A DNA stretch of 64,000 nt from Escherichia phage naam. Within the stretch, counting starts at the first letter, position 1. Every line of letters begins with the position of its first letter. The notes beneath the pieces are model-generated. The model searched no databases. It saw nothing but the letters and a program-made list of their open reading frames with translations, and was not told where the DNA came from. Below are positions 9,589 through 17,846 of the stretch, piece after piece. The stretch lies in sequence record MN850630.1; one strand, written 5' to 3'. Both the position numbers and the translations under genes were made by a program.

Positions 9589-9954
9589 ATGGAACAAATG
9601 AACGATCAAGCGTCGGTTGCGATGAACGAGCAAGAACAACCTCAAGAATTTTTCTTAGGGTTAAGTAAAGATCAAGTGTCTCTTCTGCTAGTGCTTTCTT
9701 CTTTCATGGGAAGACTTCAGGAGCTTACACAACAGCCAGAGGCTGAACAATTATTCCAGGCTCTGCGTGAAGAAGAAAAATATCGTCGTTTGGACTATGC
9801 CTTAGGTTGGGTAGCTCAACAACGGGATATGCTGATGGCCCTCTCTGGGACCACAAGTTTTGCAATGGGCCTGCTGGCTCAAGTTCAGGACAAATTAATT
9901 CAAGCAGGGTTTGCACACACGGCAAACACTAACGAAGAACAAGGAGACAAATAA
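9589..9954 (+). CDS. hypothetical protein
   Basis: 121 aa, coiled-coil-like, GGAGA RBS. Confidence 0.5.
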   Translation: MEQMNDQASVAMNEQEQPQEFFLGLSKDQVSLLLVLSSFMGRLQELTQQPEAEQLFQALREEEKYRRLDYALGWVAQQRDMLMALSGTTSFAMGLLAQVQDKLIQAGFAHTANTNEEQGDK

Positions 9955-11180
9955 TGAGCGTTATCCAACAATTCGCTAACCCGATGAATCCGCGTGAAAC
10001 TGTTTTACTGGCTCACGGCATGATTAAACGTGTCAGCATCAAGCCTATCAAAGGTGCTGATCCTACAACAGGTATTAAAACCACTGTGTGGCAAGGTAAG
10101 AAAATTGAATCCAGCCACACCATCTCTTTACTGATTTCTGAACTGGATTCCTCTGATAACCTGCTTCAAGGTGGTGAAGAAGTCTGGATCAGCATGGGTG
10201 ATAAACTGCTTAAACCGGGTCATCAAGACTCTGTCTCTGTTAAGATTGATGACAAGTGGGAAACCGTAACGCCAGGATGGATCGTAAATATCCCTTTGAA
10301 GGCAAACGAGCATAACGGTAAGACCTATTACAAAGGCTCACTGGCTAAGATGGTTAAGCTGGGTGCAGGAGAGGCTCCAGCAGCGGCTCAGCAGCAAAAA
10401 CAGCAACAAGGTGCACAATCACAAGGCCAGAAGCAGAAACCTCAGCAGAATGCCAATCAGGACGTTTTACGCATCTATGGTGATGTGACTCAGATTGTTG
10501 GCAACGTGGTTACTGTTAATGACCACAAGATTGGCGAAGGTGCTATGGTTGTCACTGATGAGCAGCTTAAAGACCTGGTGGTAGGTGGTCGTGTTGCAGC
10601 CATTGTTGACAAAGACACCGGAAACATTATCAGTGGTTTCAAGGCCTATCCTCCTAAGGCAGAGAACGGCACTCAAGGCTCTGGTGGCAAGCGTAAATCC
10701 TCTTACGACCCTATCGGTGTGGAGACGGGACATAGCATCAATGCGTTGCAGATCATCCTGGATCGCGGGTTTAAGGTGGACGACCCACTAGGCGTGGCTA
10801 AAACACTGCACGTAGTCACCATTGAGCTTAAGAAAGAGTATGCTCAAGCCACCAACCGAACTGAAGATGAAGTAGGTGCCAGTGTCGGCAATGCGGTGTT
10901 GAACGCTTGTCGCCGTATTGACAAGAAAACGAAAGTTGATGATTTTGCAGCGGCAATTACTGCAGAAGCAAAAGATGTCTTGACTAATCTGGCTGAGCCG
11001 TTGTACGATTGGATCAAGAACGGTGCTGGGTCCACTGACCATCAAGAACCTCAAGCTGCCAAACAGGAAGCAGCTCCACAGCAAAACACTGTAGACGCTC
11101 CTCCTGTAAATGACGAGGAAGATGACCCGATGGATCAGAATCCAGCACAGTACGCCTTTGATGATGACATCCCATTCTAA
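9954..11180 (+). CDS. single-stranded DNA-binding protein-like (acidic C-terminal tail DDDIPF)
   Basis: C-terminus ends DDDIPF as in bacterial SSB; Q-rich linker; AAGGAGA RBS; replication neighbourhood. Confidence 0.5.
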   Translation: MSVIQQFANPMNPRETVLLAHGMIKRVSIKPIKGADPTTGIKTTVWQGKKIESSHTISLLISELDSSDNLLQGGEEVWISMGDKLLKPGHQDSVSVKIDDKWETVTPGWIVNIPLKANEHNGKTYYKGSLAKMVKLGAGEAPAAAQQQKQQQGAQSQGQKQKPQQNANQDVLRIYGDVTQIVGNVVTVNDHKIGEGAMVVTDEQLKDLVVGGRVAAIVDKDTGNIISGFKAYPPKAENGTQGSGGKRKSSYDPIGVETGHSINALQIILDRGFKVDDPLGVAKTLHVVTIELKKEYAQATNRTEDEVGASVGNAVLNACRRIDKKTKVDDFAAAITAEAKDVLTNLAEPLYDWIKNGAGSTDHQEPQAAKQEAAPQQNTVDAPPVNDEEDDPMDQNPAQYAFDDDIPF

Positions 11181-11196
11181 CATCTAGTTAACATAG

Positions 11197-11225
11197 CCCT
11201 GCCCGAAAGGGTGGGGCATTTTTGT
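11197..11225 (+). terminator. rho-independent terminator (same cassette as 1061)
   Basis: GCCCTGCCC-GAAA-GGGTGGGGC + ATTTTT after SSB-like gene. Confidence 0.6.
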
Positions 11226-11242
11226 ATAAGGAGATCTGAAAA

Positions 11243-11659
11243 ATGACATTAGAAGATATCATTGTTAAACCTGAGAACTATGACCAATACAACCTGTCAA
11301 CTCAATCTGTAGACCTTGGATGCGCCACGGTCAGTGCGTGGATGGTTAACGGAAAAGAGCTGGATAAATGCTTAGAAGCTCACATGTCTATTAACAAGTT
11401 TCTGGATGAAAATACTCACTGGCTTGAGGGTGCAGGTGTGTATGCTTCATGGTTGGAGAGTATGGGATTCGACTACCAATCTGAAGAGGGGTGGTGGAGC
11501 TATTTAGCTATCTGCCCAGAGACGCTGCAATGCTTCATGAAATATTCTGAAGATTTGGAGTACCGGGCGGTGGTTGATAGTGCTATTGCCCGTTATAGCC
11601 GTAAACCTTTTTCCCACGACATTAAAACTGTGGAAGAATTTGTTGAAGTTTTCTGTTGA
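11243..11659 (+). CDS. hypothetical protein
   Basis: 138 aa, TAAGGAGA RBS. Confidence 0.55.
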   Translation: MTLEDIIVKPENYDQYNLSTQSVDLGCATVSAWMVNGKELDKCLEAHMSINKFLDENTHWLEGAGVYASWLESMGFDYQSEEGWWSYLAICPETLQCFMKYSEDLEYRAVVDSAIARYSRKPFSHDIKTVEEFVEVFC

Positions 11660-11755
11660 CACAAGTTGAAAGGTGTGCAATTATAACTTCATAGAACGGG
11701 AGGACGTGATGAACGAAGAAAACTGGGATGTATAACTAACAGGAGGCCACTGCCC

Positions 11756-11953
11756 ATGATTTATCGAATCCGTGTAAGAGAAGATGCACCAGGCTGTTAC
11801 TTTGACTGGCGTGGGTGGTGGTTTCTCCACCCGATGGATGGACTCACAGATAGAATGCTGGATGCTGCCCTTTATACAGATACCGATATAGAATATAATC
11901 TCTATCTGAAGGATGGTATAGATAACGGTCTATTTGAAGCAATTCCTGTGTAA
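11756..11953 (+). CDS. hypothetical protein
   Basis: 65 aa, CAGGAGG RBS. Confidence 0.5.
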   Translation: MIYRIRVREDAPGCYFDWRGWWFLHPMDGLTDRMLDAALYTDTDIEYNLYLKDGIDNGLFEAIPV

Positions 11954-12021
11954 GAAACTGTGATAGCCATGTTTTATGATCTTCCTGTAGCACCACCACC
12001 TGTTGAACCCGGAGAACTAAG

Positions 12022-12447
12022 ATGATCTATGAAATGCCAAAACTGATTCGTGACGATGCCCAAAACGCTCACACCATTATTATGGGCAAACGAATGGATA
12101 TTATTTGTCATAAAGATTTCTGGGAAGGAAGTTACTTCACAGAGTATTTTGGTAAACTGGACAATGGTCTGCTGATCCAGTTCTACACCGATGCGGAAAA
12201 CAACATTCACTGGGAGTTCGAAACTGAAGATATCCATAAACTTTTCACCTTCCTCGATATTAAGGTTGAGGCCAAGTTTGAAGAAGGTGAGTGCGACGAT
12301 TGTGGATTCTATGAGGTAACAGATTTCTATCTCCCGAGTGGTGAGAACCTTTACTATGAAAGCCACTTCGGTAACTCCAATATGCCACAGTGCTGGACTG
12401 AGTTTTTTGAAATTGCGGAAGAGGAGCTGGCATACCGTGATTATTGA
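12022..12447 (+). CDS. hypothetical acidic protein
   Basis: 141 aa, GGAGAA RBS; preferred over antisense ORF 11974..12498. Confidence 0.55.
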   Translation: MIYEMPKLIRDDAQNAHTIIMGKRMDIICHKDFWEGSYFTEYFGKLDNGLLIQFYTDAENNIHWEFETEDIHKLFTFLDIKVEAKFEEGECDDCGFYEVTDFYLPSGENLYYESHFGNSNMPQCWTEFFEIAEEELAYRDY

Positions 12448-12895
12448 TACTGTAGAGGGAGATCTAATCTCCATTTTCAAGAAAGGGTCAGGCCACATGA
12501 TCCACGGTTGTAACTGCTTTCACACAATGGGTGCAGGTATAGCGAAAGATATTGCCCGTGAGTTCCCTCAAGCACTGGCAGCCGACAAAGAGACTGCTTA
12601 TGGTAATCTAGACAAGTTGGGTATGTTTTCTTGTTGGGAGCATTTTGCCAAGAACAGGGTCGTATATGGAATCAACCTGTATACCCAGTTCTACCCAGGG
12701 CCCAATGCTGAATACTTCTCAATCATGAAAGGTTTTGAGCGAGTCAACGAGGTATTCAAAGGTGTGTCATTGCCGTTCTACATTCCTAAAATCGGATGCG
12801 GTATTGGCGGTCTAAAGTGGGAACATGTAGAAGATGTAATTAATCTTGCAACCACAGATATTGATGTGGTTGTGGTAGAGTACAAAAAGTGTTGA
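12437..12895 (+). CDS. macro-domain-like protein (putative ADP-ribose binding/processing)
   Basis: GDLISIF...HGCNCFHTMGAGIAKDI resembles macro-domain GDIT...NAAN..GGGV..AI motif; GTG start 12437 after GAGGAG. Confidence 0.45.
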   Translation: MIIDTVEGDLISIFKKGSGHMIHGCNCFHTMGAGIAKDIAREFPQALAADKETAYGNLDKLGMFSCWEHFAKNRVVYGINLYTQFYPGPNAEYFSIMKGFERVNEVFKGVSLPFYIPKIGCGIGGLKWEHVEDVINLATTDIDVVVVEYKKC

Positions 12896-12920
12896 CGACC
12901 ATCTTCTGAGGTGATATAGT
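12892..12920 (+). promoter_or_regulatory. sigma70-type promoter (TTGACG-17-TATAGT)
   Basis: Hexamers with 17-nt spacer read directly. Confidence 0.5.
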
Positions 12921-12949
12921 TCCCACAACAGCTAAGAGAGGAGAGCACT

Positions 12950-13120
12950 GTGGAGACTAAAATCTTAATTCTTGCTGTGGTAGATACAACCGAAGGAGCT
13001 ATATTCGAATCTGCAGGAGGGTATTTCTACCTACCATACGGAAAAAGAACTTCCGAGCCAAGTAAAGATTCAATCCTCAAAGTGTTCCCGTGTGCTTTCT
13101 GGCTGGAGATTTTGGTATAA
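12950..13120 (+). CDS. small hypothetical protein (56 aa)
   Basis: GTG start after AGAGGAGAG RBS, downstream of promoter; not in ORF track (under 60 aa). Confidence 0.35.
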   Translation: METKILILAVVDTTEGAIFESAGGYFYLPYGKRTSEPSKDSILKVFPCAFWLEILV

Positions 13121-13146
13121 GATTGCAGAGGATTTGGGAGAGAATT

Positions 13147-13341
13147 ATGAGAAACAAGAAAGAGCTTTACTCTGGTGAGTGGATCAACGATCAACAGGTG
13201 GGAGAGGTAACCTGCTTCAGATGTTTTACCAGGTACAATCTTAAAACTGCACCAAAAAGTGTTCCAAAGACTGATGGTTATTACATAAAAGAACCTCATT
13301 GCCCAAAATGTAAATGCCGATTGTGCTGGAGCAATCTGTAA
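13147..13341 (+). CDS. small Cys-rich (zinc-ribbon-like) protein
   Basis: CFRCF ... CPKCKCRLC cysteine pairs; ATG 13147 after GGGAGAG. Confidence 0.45.
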   Translation: MRNKKELYSGEWINDQQVGEVTCFRCFTRYNLKTAPKSVPKTDGYYIKEPHCPKCKCRLCWSNL

Positions 13342-13345
13342 GAGG

Positions 13346-13373
13346 TTGACATCTGAAAACTGCAGTGTATAAT
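13346..13373 (+). promoter_or_regulatory. sigma70 consensus promoter (TTGACA-16-TATAAT)
   Basis: Read directly upstream of 13405 gene. Confidence 0.65.
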
Positions 13374-13404
13374 ATACGCATAAACTAACAGAGAGCGATG
13401 CATT

Positions 13405-13596
13405 ATGGTAATTTTTAACCGGGATGGTATCATAGTTAGACAGCACCCGTTCCTTGAATACTATCAAATTGAGCAATGGTGCTACGGGGATTGCAGTCAC
13501 TCCTATGGGCAAAGTTGGGGATATCGTACAGTTTTTGAATCAACAGATCTTGACAAAGTAAGACAGAAAGTTTTAGAACTTATTAACAACAAGTGA
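13405..13596 (+). CDS. hypothetical protein
   Basis: 63 aa downstream of consensus promoter. Confidence 0.5.
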   Translation: MVIFNRDGIIVRQHPFLEYYQIEQWCYGDCSHSYGQSWGYRTVFESTDLDKVRQKVLELINNK

Positions 13597-13603
13597 GTAT
13601 GAT

Positions 13604-13939
13604 ATGGTAACATTAGAAAGACGTAAAGCTATCGCCGCCACACTGGCAGACATCTTTTGGGAGTGCAATTTAAAAGATACCCGATATTGTGGCGCATCTG
13701 TAGATGCATTATTCCCACGGCCCACTATTGTTGCAATGGGAAACCTGTCAAACGTGGTGTATGGAGCATGGGACAAAGAAGGTGGATTTTATATCTGGCA
13801 ACCTGACTACGGGACCTGGAAAGAGGTAAGGGGTGCGGATGACTTTGGGCCTGCAGTTGCCAAAACGATGGATGGCTGGCAAATTTATGTTGGAAATGAC
13901 ATGAAGCTGAAAGGCGAGATTGTTTACTGGTTACCTTAA
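13604..13939 (+). CDS. hypothetical protein
   Basis: 111 aa, GTGAG RBS. Confidence 0.55.
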   Translation: MVTLERRKAIAATLADIFWECNLKDTRYCGASVDALFPRPTIVAMGNLSNVVYGAWDKEGGFYIWQPDYGTWKEVRGADDFGPAVAKTMDGWQIYVGNDMKLKGEIVYWLP

Positions 13940-13959
13940 GAAAGTGCAGGAGATAAAGT

Positions 13960-14205
13960 ATGAACAAAGGGTGGACATTTGTAGACGGCGTTGAAAACAT
14001 GCCTCTAGGAAAGTATATTGTAGCCATGGCAGATGAGAATGGCAAGGTTGATTTCGGAGCTTGCGAGATTGTTCTTGCAGGATCTGGTGACCATGTGCAC
14101 AAAACTGGGATAATTAACGGTCATTTCTACTTTGATTACAACCCTGTTGTGGCGTATATGGCTATGCCAGAGTTAGAGCTCCCAAAGGAGGGTGCAGATG
14201 TTTAA
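13960..14205 (+). CDS. hypothetical protein
   Basis: 81 aa, CAGGAGA RBS. Confidence 0.55.
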   Translation: MNKGWTFVDGVENMPLGKYIVAMADENGKVDFGACEIVLAGSGDHVHKTGIINGHFYFDYNPVVAYMAMPELELPKEGADV

Positions 14206-14395
14206 GCTTAAATCTGCATGGAACATCGCTGTGGGGGACGAGATCCGCATCCCAGGTGGAAAGACCATTATGAAGATATCACGTATCGAGTATGAAGGTG
14301 ATCGTGTATTTCATATCTTTGCAGAAGATGGTCGAGAAATTTATATACAGGCAGGCTCTCATATCTATATCCATAAGAAAGGGGACGACAAATGA
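14192..14395 (+). CDS. hypothetical protein
   Basis: 67 aa, GGAGGG RBS. Confidence 0.55.
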   Translation: MQMFKLKSAWNIAVGDEIRIPGGKTIMKISRIEYEGDRVFHIFAEDGREIYIQAGSHIYIHKKGDDK

Positions 14396-14724
14396 CAGAG
14401 ATCATCGTTTCAACTGCAGGGTATGTATTCCTGACAATCATTGCGTTGGCTATTCTGGTGGCGGTGTATGGATTTGTTATCCTGCCTATTCTTGAGACAT
14501 TTAGCTTGTGTCGGTGTTGGAGAAAAGCTTACGGACCACAACCGTGGAAAGACTGGTTTCATTTGGTGCGTATAGCGTTCTCTTATGCCTATGATCACTC
14601 CAGCAGTGCATGCGTAACCGGGTACCATGCCTACAACTGGAACTGGGAAGGGCTGGGGAGATGGACTGTTACAAAAACTATACCCTTACGGTTGTATAAA
14701 GGAAAGAACACACTGGGAGCCTGA
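14392..14724 (+). CDS. putative membrane protein
   Basis: 110 aa, hydrophobic N-terminal helix, AAGGGG RBS, ATGA overlap. Confidence 0.5.
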   Translation: MTEIIVSTAGYVFLTIIALAILVAVYGFVILPILETFSLCRCWRKAYGPQPWKDWFHLVRIAFSYAYDHSSSACVTGYHAYNWNWEGLGRWTVTKTIPLRLYKGKNTLGA

Positions 14725-14759
14725 TATTTTAAGTTATCAGGTTGCCAGAGATCAGGAGG

Positions 14760-15260
14760 ATTTCTAAAATGGATTTCCTCCTTTTGATATTTTACCTACC
14801 AGGATATTTTAAAATCCTTAGAAAATCAGAAAATGGATCGAAAACTAAAATGGATTTTTCAGAGCAGGCACGACGAGATGAACCACTCATCCTATCGTCT
14901 GCACCATATTCCAGACCACCATTACAGATTTCCCGCACATGCTCACACCCTTCTACTAGAACTTCCCCCACTTACCCTTGACCTTTTATAGTAATAATCC
15001 AACCACTACCTTGAAGTTGTGGCGCAGCTTTCCAAGTACTCGATCTGTTTTTCGTTTCAAAGATTGAATTTTCTGAAAATTTTTCTCGATAAATTTCTCA
15101 GTACTCGATCTGTTTTTCGTTTTCTGAATCGGATTTTCTGGAAATCGTTCCGGCTCTCGACCTGAAATTTTTGGGGACGAAATCGATTTTTCGTTTTCAG
15201 AAATGGATTTTTAAAATTTCTATATGGGAATATTTTAGTGGATACTATTTTATAGGAAAT
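14760..15260. repeat. AT-rich non-coding region with iteron-like direct repeats and palindromes
   Basis: AAATGGAT(T/C) four times; 23-nt direct repeat AGTACTCGATCTGTTTTTCGTTT at 15038 and 15100; palindromes ATTTTCTGAAAAT, AGGATATTTTAAAATCCT. Confidence 0.6.
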
Positions 15261-15358
15261 TGTTACGGAGGGTAATTAGCGTGCTAATTAAATTTATTAA
15301 ATGCGAGGAGTTCTCATTTAGAATTTTGAATGATAATCATTCTCGTTTGCAGAATAAC

Positions 15359-15400
15359 GGGCAGGCCCGGTGATTGTCTCCCGGCCCCTGTTGCCCCGGC
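15359..15400. repeat. GC-rich conserved hairpin element, copy 1
   Basis: GGCAGGCCCGGTGATTGTCTCCCGGCCCCTGTT; conserved core GGTG(A/G)TTGTCTCCC. Confidence 0.55.
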
Positions 15401-15498
15401 TTGTTATTATAGTATCACACAGGACAAAGAAGGCAAGGATTTTTTGCATAAATTTTTAAATGATAATGATAACCGTTCTCATTTTATGCAGCGCCCAT

Positions 15499-15535
15499 CC
15501 CCGGTGGTTGTCTCCCCCGTCACCGGTGCCTGCCG
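15499..15535. repeat. GC-rich conserved hairpin element, copy 2
   Basis: CCGGTGGTTGTCTCCCCCGTCACCGGTGCCTGCC; stem CCGGTG/CACCGG around TTGTCTCCC. Confidence 0.55.
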
Positions 15536-15737
15536 TCCTTTCGATAGGTATATTGTGCCACCTGGCGGGGCCGCTGTCAACACCTTTTCAAAAAATTTTT
15601 CTAACCTGATGCGCTAACCGTTGCAACCTGGCGGGGCCAGCCTGGCAGGACCTAACTGACCAGGTGGGAGAGGGTGAAATCTTGCAAACCTGGTAGGCCC
15701 ATGCTGTAGGGTAAACAATTGAAGAGGAGGTACAAAA

Positions 15738-15980
15738 ATGAAAGGTAATGCTACTCACCTGGGAAATGTAGCGATTAATGACGCTGAGGCTATCACCCTG
15801 GTTGAAAAGGCTATGGCGGGAGCGTTGGAACATAAAGAAGAGTACGAAAAAATGATGGTTAACCTGGCAGGGGCGGCGGCTGGAGAATTCTGCCCAAAAA
15901 ATAATTCTAACCAATGGTTGACAGCTCGGATAGTTCTGTTATTCTTATCCTCGCAAGGTGAACAACACCACACTAATTAA
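15738..15980 (+). CDS. hypothetical protein
   Basis: 80 aa, GAGGAGG RBS. Confidence 0.55.
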   Translation: MKGNATHLGNVAINDAEAITLVEKAMAGALEHKEEYEKMMVNLAGAAAGEFCPKNNSNQWLTARIVLLFLSSQGEQHHTN

Positions 15981-15997
15981 CAGAGAGGATAAAAATC

Positions 15998-16195
15998 ATG
16001 AACGCCTACGGAATTAAAGTACGTCGCAACACTCGCCAGGCCGTCACCGATCAAATGGTTTGCCAGGTGGACGTAACCATCAACAACGGGCAAGGCCTTT
16101 ATAAATTCCGTCGCGGTCAGAGCTATACCCGGCAACAGCTTAATCGTTGCGCCCTGACAAAAGGCCAGATCAACCACTGGTTTAATAAAAAATAA
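15998..16195 (+). CDS. small basic protein
   Basis: 65 aa, R/K-rich, AGAGGA RBS. Confidence 0.5.
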   Translation: MNAYGIKVRRNTRQAVTDQMVCQVDVTINNGQGLYKFRRGQSYTRQQLNRCALTKGQINHWFNKK

Positions 16196-16198
16196 GTA

Positions 16199-16227
16199 TT
16201 GACATATAGTCCGACACCAAATACACT
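16199..16227 (+). promoter_or_regulatory. sigma70-type promoter (TTGACA-17-TACACT)
   Basis: Read directly upstream of 16260 gene. Confidence 0.5.
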
Positions 16228-16259
16228 AAAAGCACAAAAGACACTAAGAGGATAAAATC

Positions 16260-16658
16260 ATGAAAACCACTACCTTTAATTTTGATAATGCGGACTTTTC
16301 TTTTTCTGATGTCAAGAACTGCCGCCGTGATCGTGGATTCTACAAGGCTTATAATCTGGTTGGCCTGGACGATGACAATAATTTGCACGAAGTAGCTGAG
16401 ATCCGGTATTATGCCGCCGCCAGCGGGAACACTCACTACTGCGTGTTTTGGATTCACGACAACAAGAACAATAAGTACGGTTATACTGGCGGCAAGGCGA
16501 GCGGTCACGGTTACGATAAAGCTAACGCAGCACTTGAGAGCGCATTAAATGCTATGGGGATCACTGCCGACGGCTGGATCTACGAAGAAGAGTTTTTGTC
16601 GGCACTTGCTGACCACCTGGGCTATAAAAAACACATTGTAACATGCGCCCACGAATAA
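16260..16658 (+). CDS. hypothetical protein
   Basis: 132 aa, AAGAGGA RBS. Confidence 0.6.
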   Translation: MKTTTFNFDNADFSFSDVKNCRRDRGFYKAYNLVGLDDDNNLHEVAEIRYYAAASGNTHYCVFWIHDNKNNKYGYTGGKASGHGYDKANAALESALNAMGITADGWIYEEEFLSALADHLGYKKHIVTCAHE

Positions 16659-16664
16659 AAATCA

Positions 16665-16692
16665 TTGACACGCTGCAAAATTTAAGTAAACT
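16665..16692 (+). promoter_or_regulatory. sigma70-type promoter (TTGACA / TAAACT)
   Basis: Read directly upstream of 16741 gene. Confidence 0.5.
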
Positions 16693-16740
16693 AGACACAA
16701 AAGGCGGGAATGTTTCCCGCCAGCACAAAGGAAAAAGATC

Positions 16741-17136
16741 ATGAATAAGAACGTACGCCGCATCATGAACGAACTGGCAAACGATGAAAAAATTATTGAT
16801 ATGCATTTGGTCAACATTTGCCGCCGTTGTGTAACATATAACAACCGCGCCGCAAAAGCGCGTGAGATGAACGCAAAAGGCACCTTAAAGCCCTTTCAGG
16901 TGGTTGTAAAATCTATAACTAGCGCAGCAGGCCAGGCGCAGGACCACAACAACGAGAGCGCTAATATTGATCCGTCTTACGTAATGAAACGGATCCGGAC
17001 TTGCAAGAATAAAGAGCAGGTATATAACGTCATAGATTGGCTGGACTCCCTGGGCGATGTGGTTTACAATAGGTTTTCTGCAGCTATCGAGATCCAGCTT
17101 GACAGATTGGACGGGAAAGTACTAAAAACTTATTGA
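16741..17136 (+). CDS. hypothetical protein
   Basis: 131 aa, AAAGGAAA RBS. Confidence 0.6.
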   Translation: MNKNVRRIMNELANDEKIIDMHLVNICRRCVTYNNRAAKAREMNAKGTLKPFQVVVKSITSAAGQAQDHNNESANIDPSYVMKRIRTCKNKEQVYNVIDWLDSLGDVVYNRFSAAIEIQLDRLDGKVLKTY

Positions 17137-17138
17137 GT

Positions 17139-17184
17139 TTATTTTTAGATGGCCTTGACACCAGGGCCATCAATAAAGTAAACT
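17139..17184 (+). promoter_or_regulatory. hairpin-embedded promoter element, copy a
   Basis: TTATTTTTA-GATGGCC-TTGACACCAG-GGCCATC-AATAAAGTAAACT; -35 TTGACA inside a 10-bp stem, TAAACT -10-like. Confidence 0.5.
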
Positions 17185-17216
17185 AACCACAGTTGAGCGG
17201 AAAAGGAGGCTTAAAG

Positions 17217-17336
17217 ATGAGCACTACACGCCAGCACACAAAGGTAACCATCATCGTTTGCATCATTGGGTACATCCTGGCGCAAATGTTGATGGGTAGC
17301 GCCAACGGTGTCGCAAAATTTTTCTTAAACTTTTAA
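17217..17336 (+). CDS. small membrane peptide (39 aa)
   Basis: AAAGGAGG RBS 6 nt before ATG; hydrophobic core; under track length cutoff. Confidence 0.4.
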   Translation: MSTTRQHTKVTIIVCIIGYILAQMLMGSANGVAKFFLNF

Positions 17337-17364
17337 TTGACAAGCTAACTTAAATCGATATAAT
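17337..17364 (+). promoter_or_regulatory. sigma70 consensus promoter (TTGACA-16-TATAAT)
   Basis: Read directly upstream of 17416 gene. Confidence 0.65.
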
Positions 17365-17415
17365 AAGCACATAAACGGGAAAACTTCCCAGAACACACAA
17401 AAGGAGAAAAACACC

Positions 17416-17757
17416 ATGACTACTATGACCGCCTCAGAAAAAGCTATGCAGATCGCTGAACTGAAAAAACAGATCGCAGACCTTGAGAATAAGATCGATA
17501 ACTTTGAAATCGACGAGGACAAGTACGACGAAAACTATGATGAATGGTTAGACGAGATCTACGGCGAAATTATGATCGGAAACATTTCTTTTCTTCCGTC
17601 GCGTATCCTCAAGGAGCTAGATCCTATCGCTTACCGCTGCGGATTTAGCGACTACATCGACAGCCTGGATATTGAGGACGATGAAGAATACCAGGAATTA
17701 CAGACAGAGTTAGAAGAAGCAAAAGAAGAGCTTGCGGAGCTGGAAGAAAACGAGTAA
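17416..17757 (+). CDS. hypothetical acidic coiled-coil protein
   Basis: 113 aa, AAGGAGAA RBS. Confidence 0.6.
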   Translation: MTTMTASEKAMQIAELKKQIADLENKIDNFEIDEDKYDENYDEWLDEIYGEIMIGNISFLPSRILKELDPIAYRCGFSDYIDSLDIEDDEEYQELQTELEEAKEELAELEENE

Positions 17758-17759
17758 GC

Positions 17760-17805
17760 TTATTTTTAGATGGCCTTGACACCAGGGCCATCAATAAAGT
17801 AAACT
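17760..17805 (+). promoter_or_regulatory. hairpin-embedded promoter element, copy b
   Basis: Identical 45-nt element to copy a. Confidence 0.5.
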
Positions 17806-17846
17806 TTATACTGTTAACACTGAACTAATGCATAGGAGTTAAAACC

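Noticed and set aside
14742-14981. Track ORF (79 aa) in the AT-rich repeat region
   Set aside because: No RBS, TTG start, low-complexity product, spans iteron-like repeats; more likely non-coding.
15330-15617. Track ORF (95 aa) across the GC-rich hairpin elements
   Set aside because: Reading frame is generated by the repeated GC-rich elements (TGRPGDCLP repeated on both strands); no RBS.
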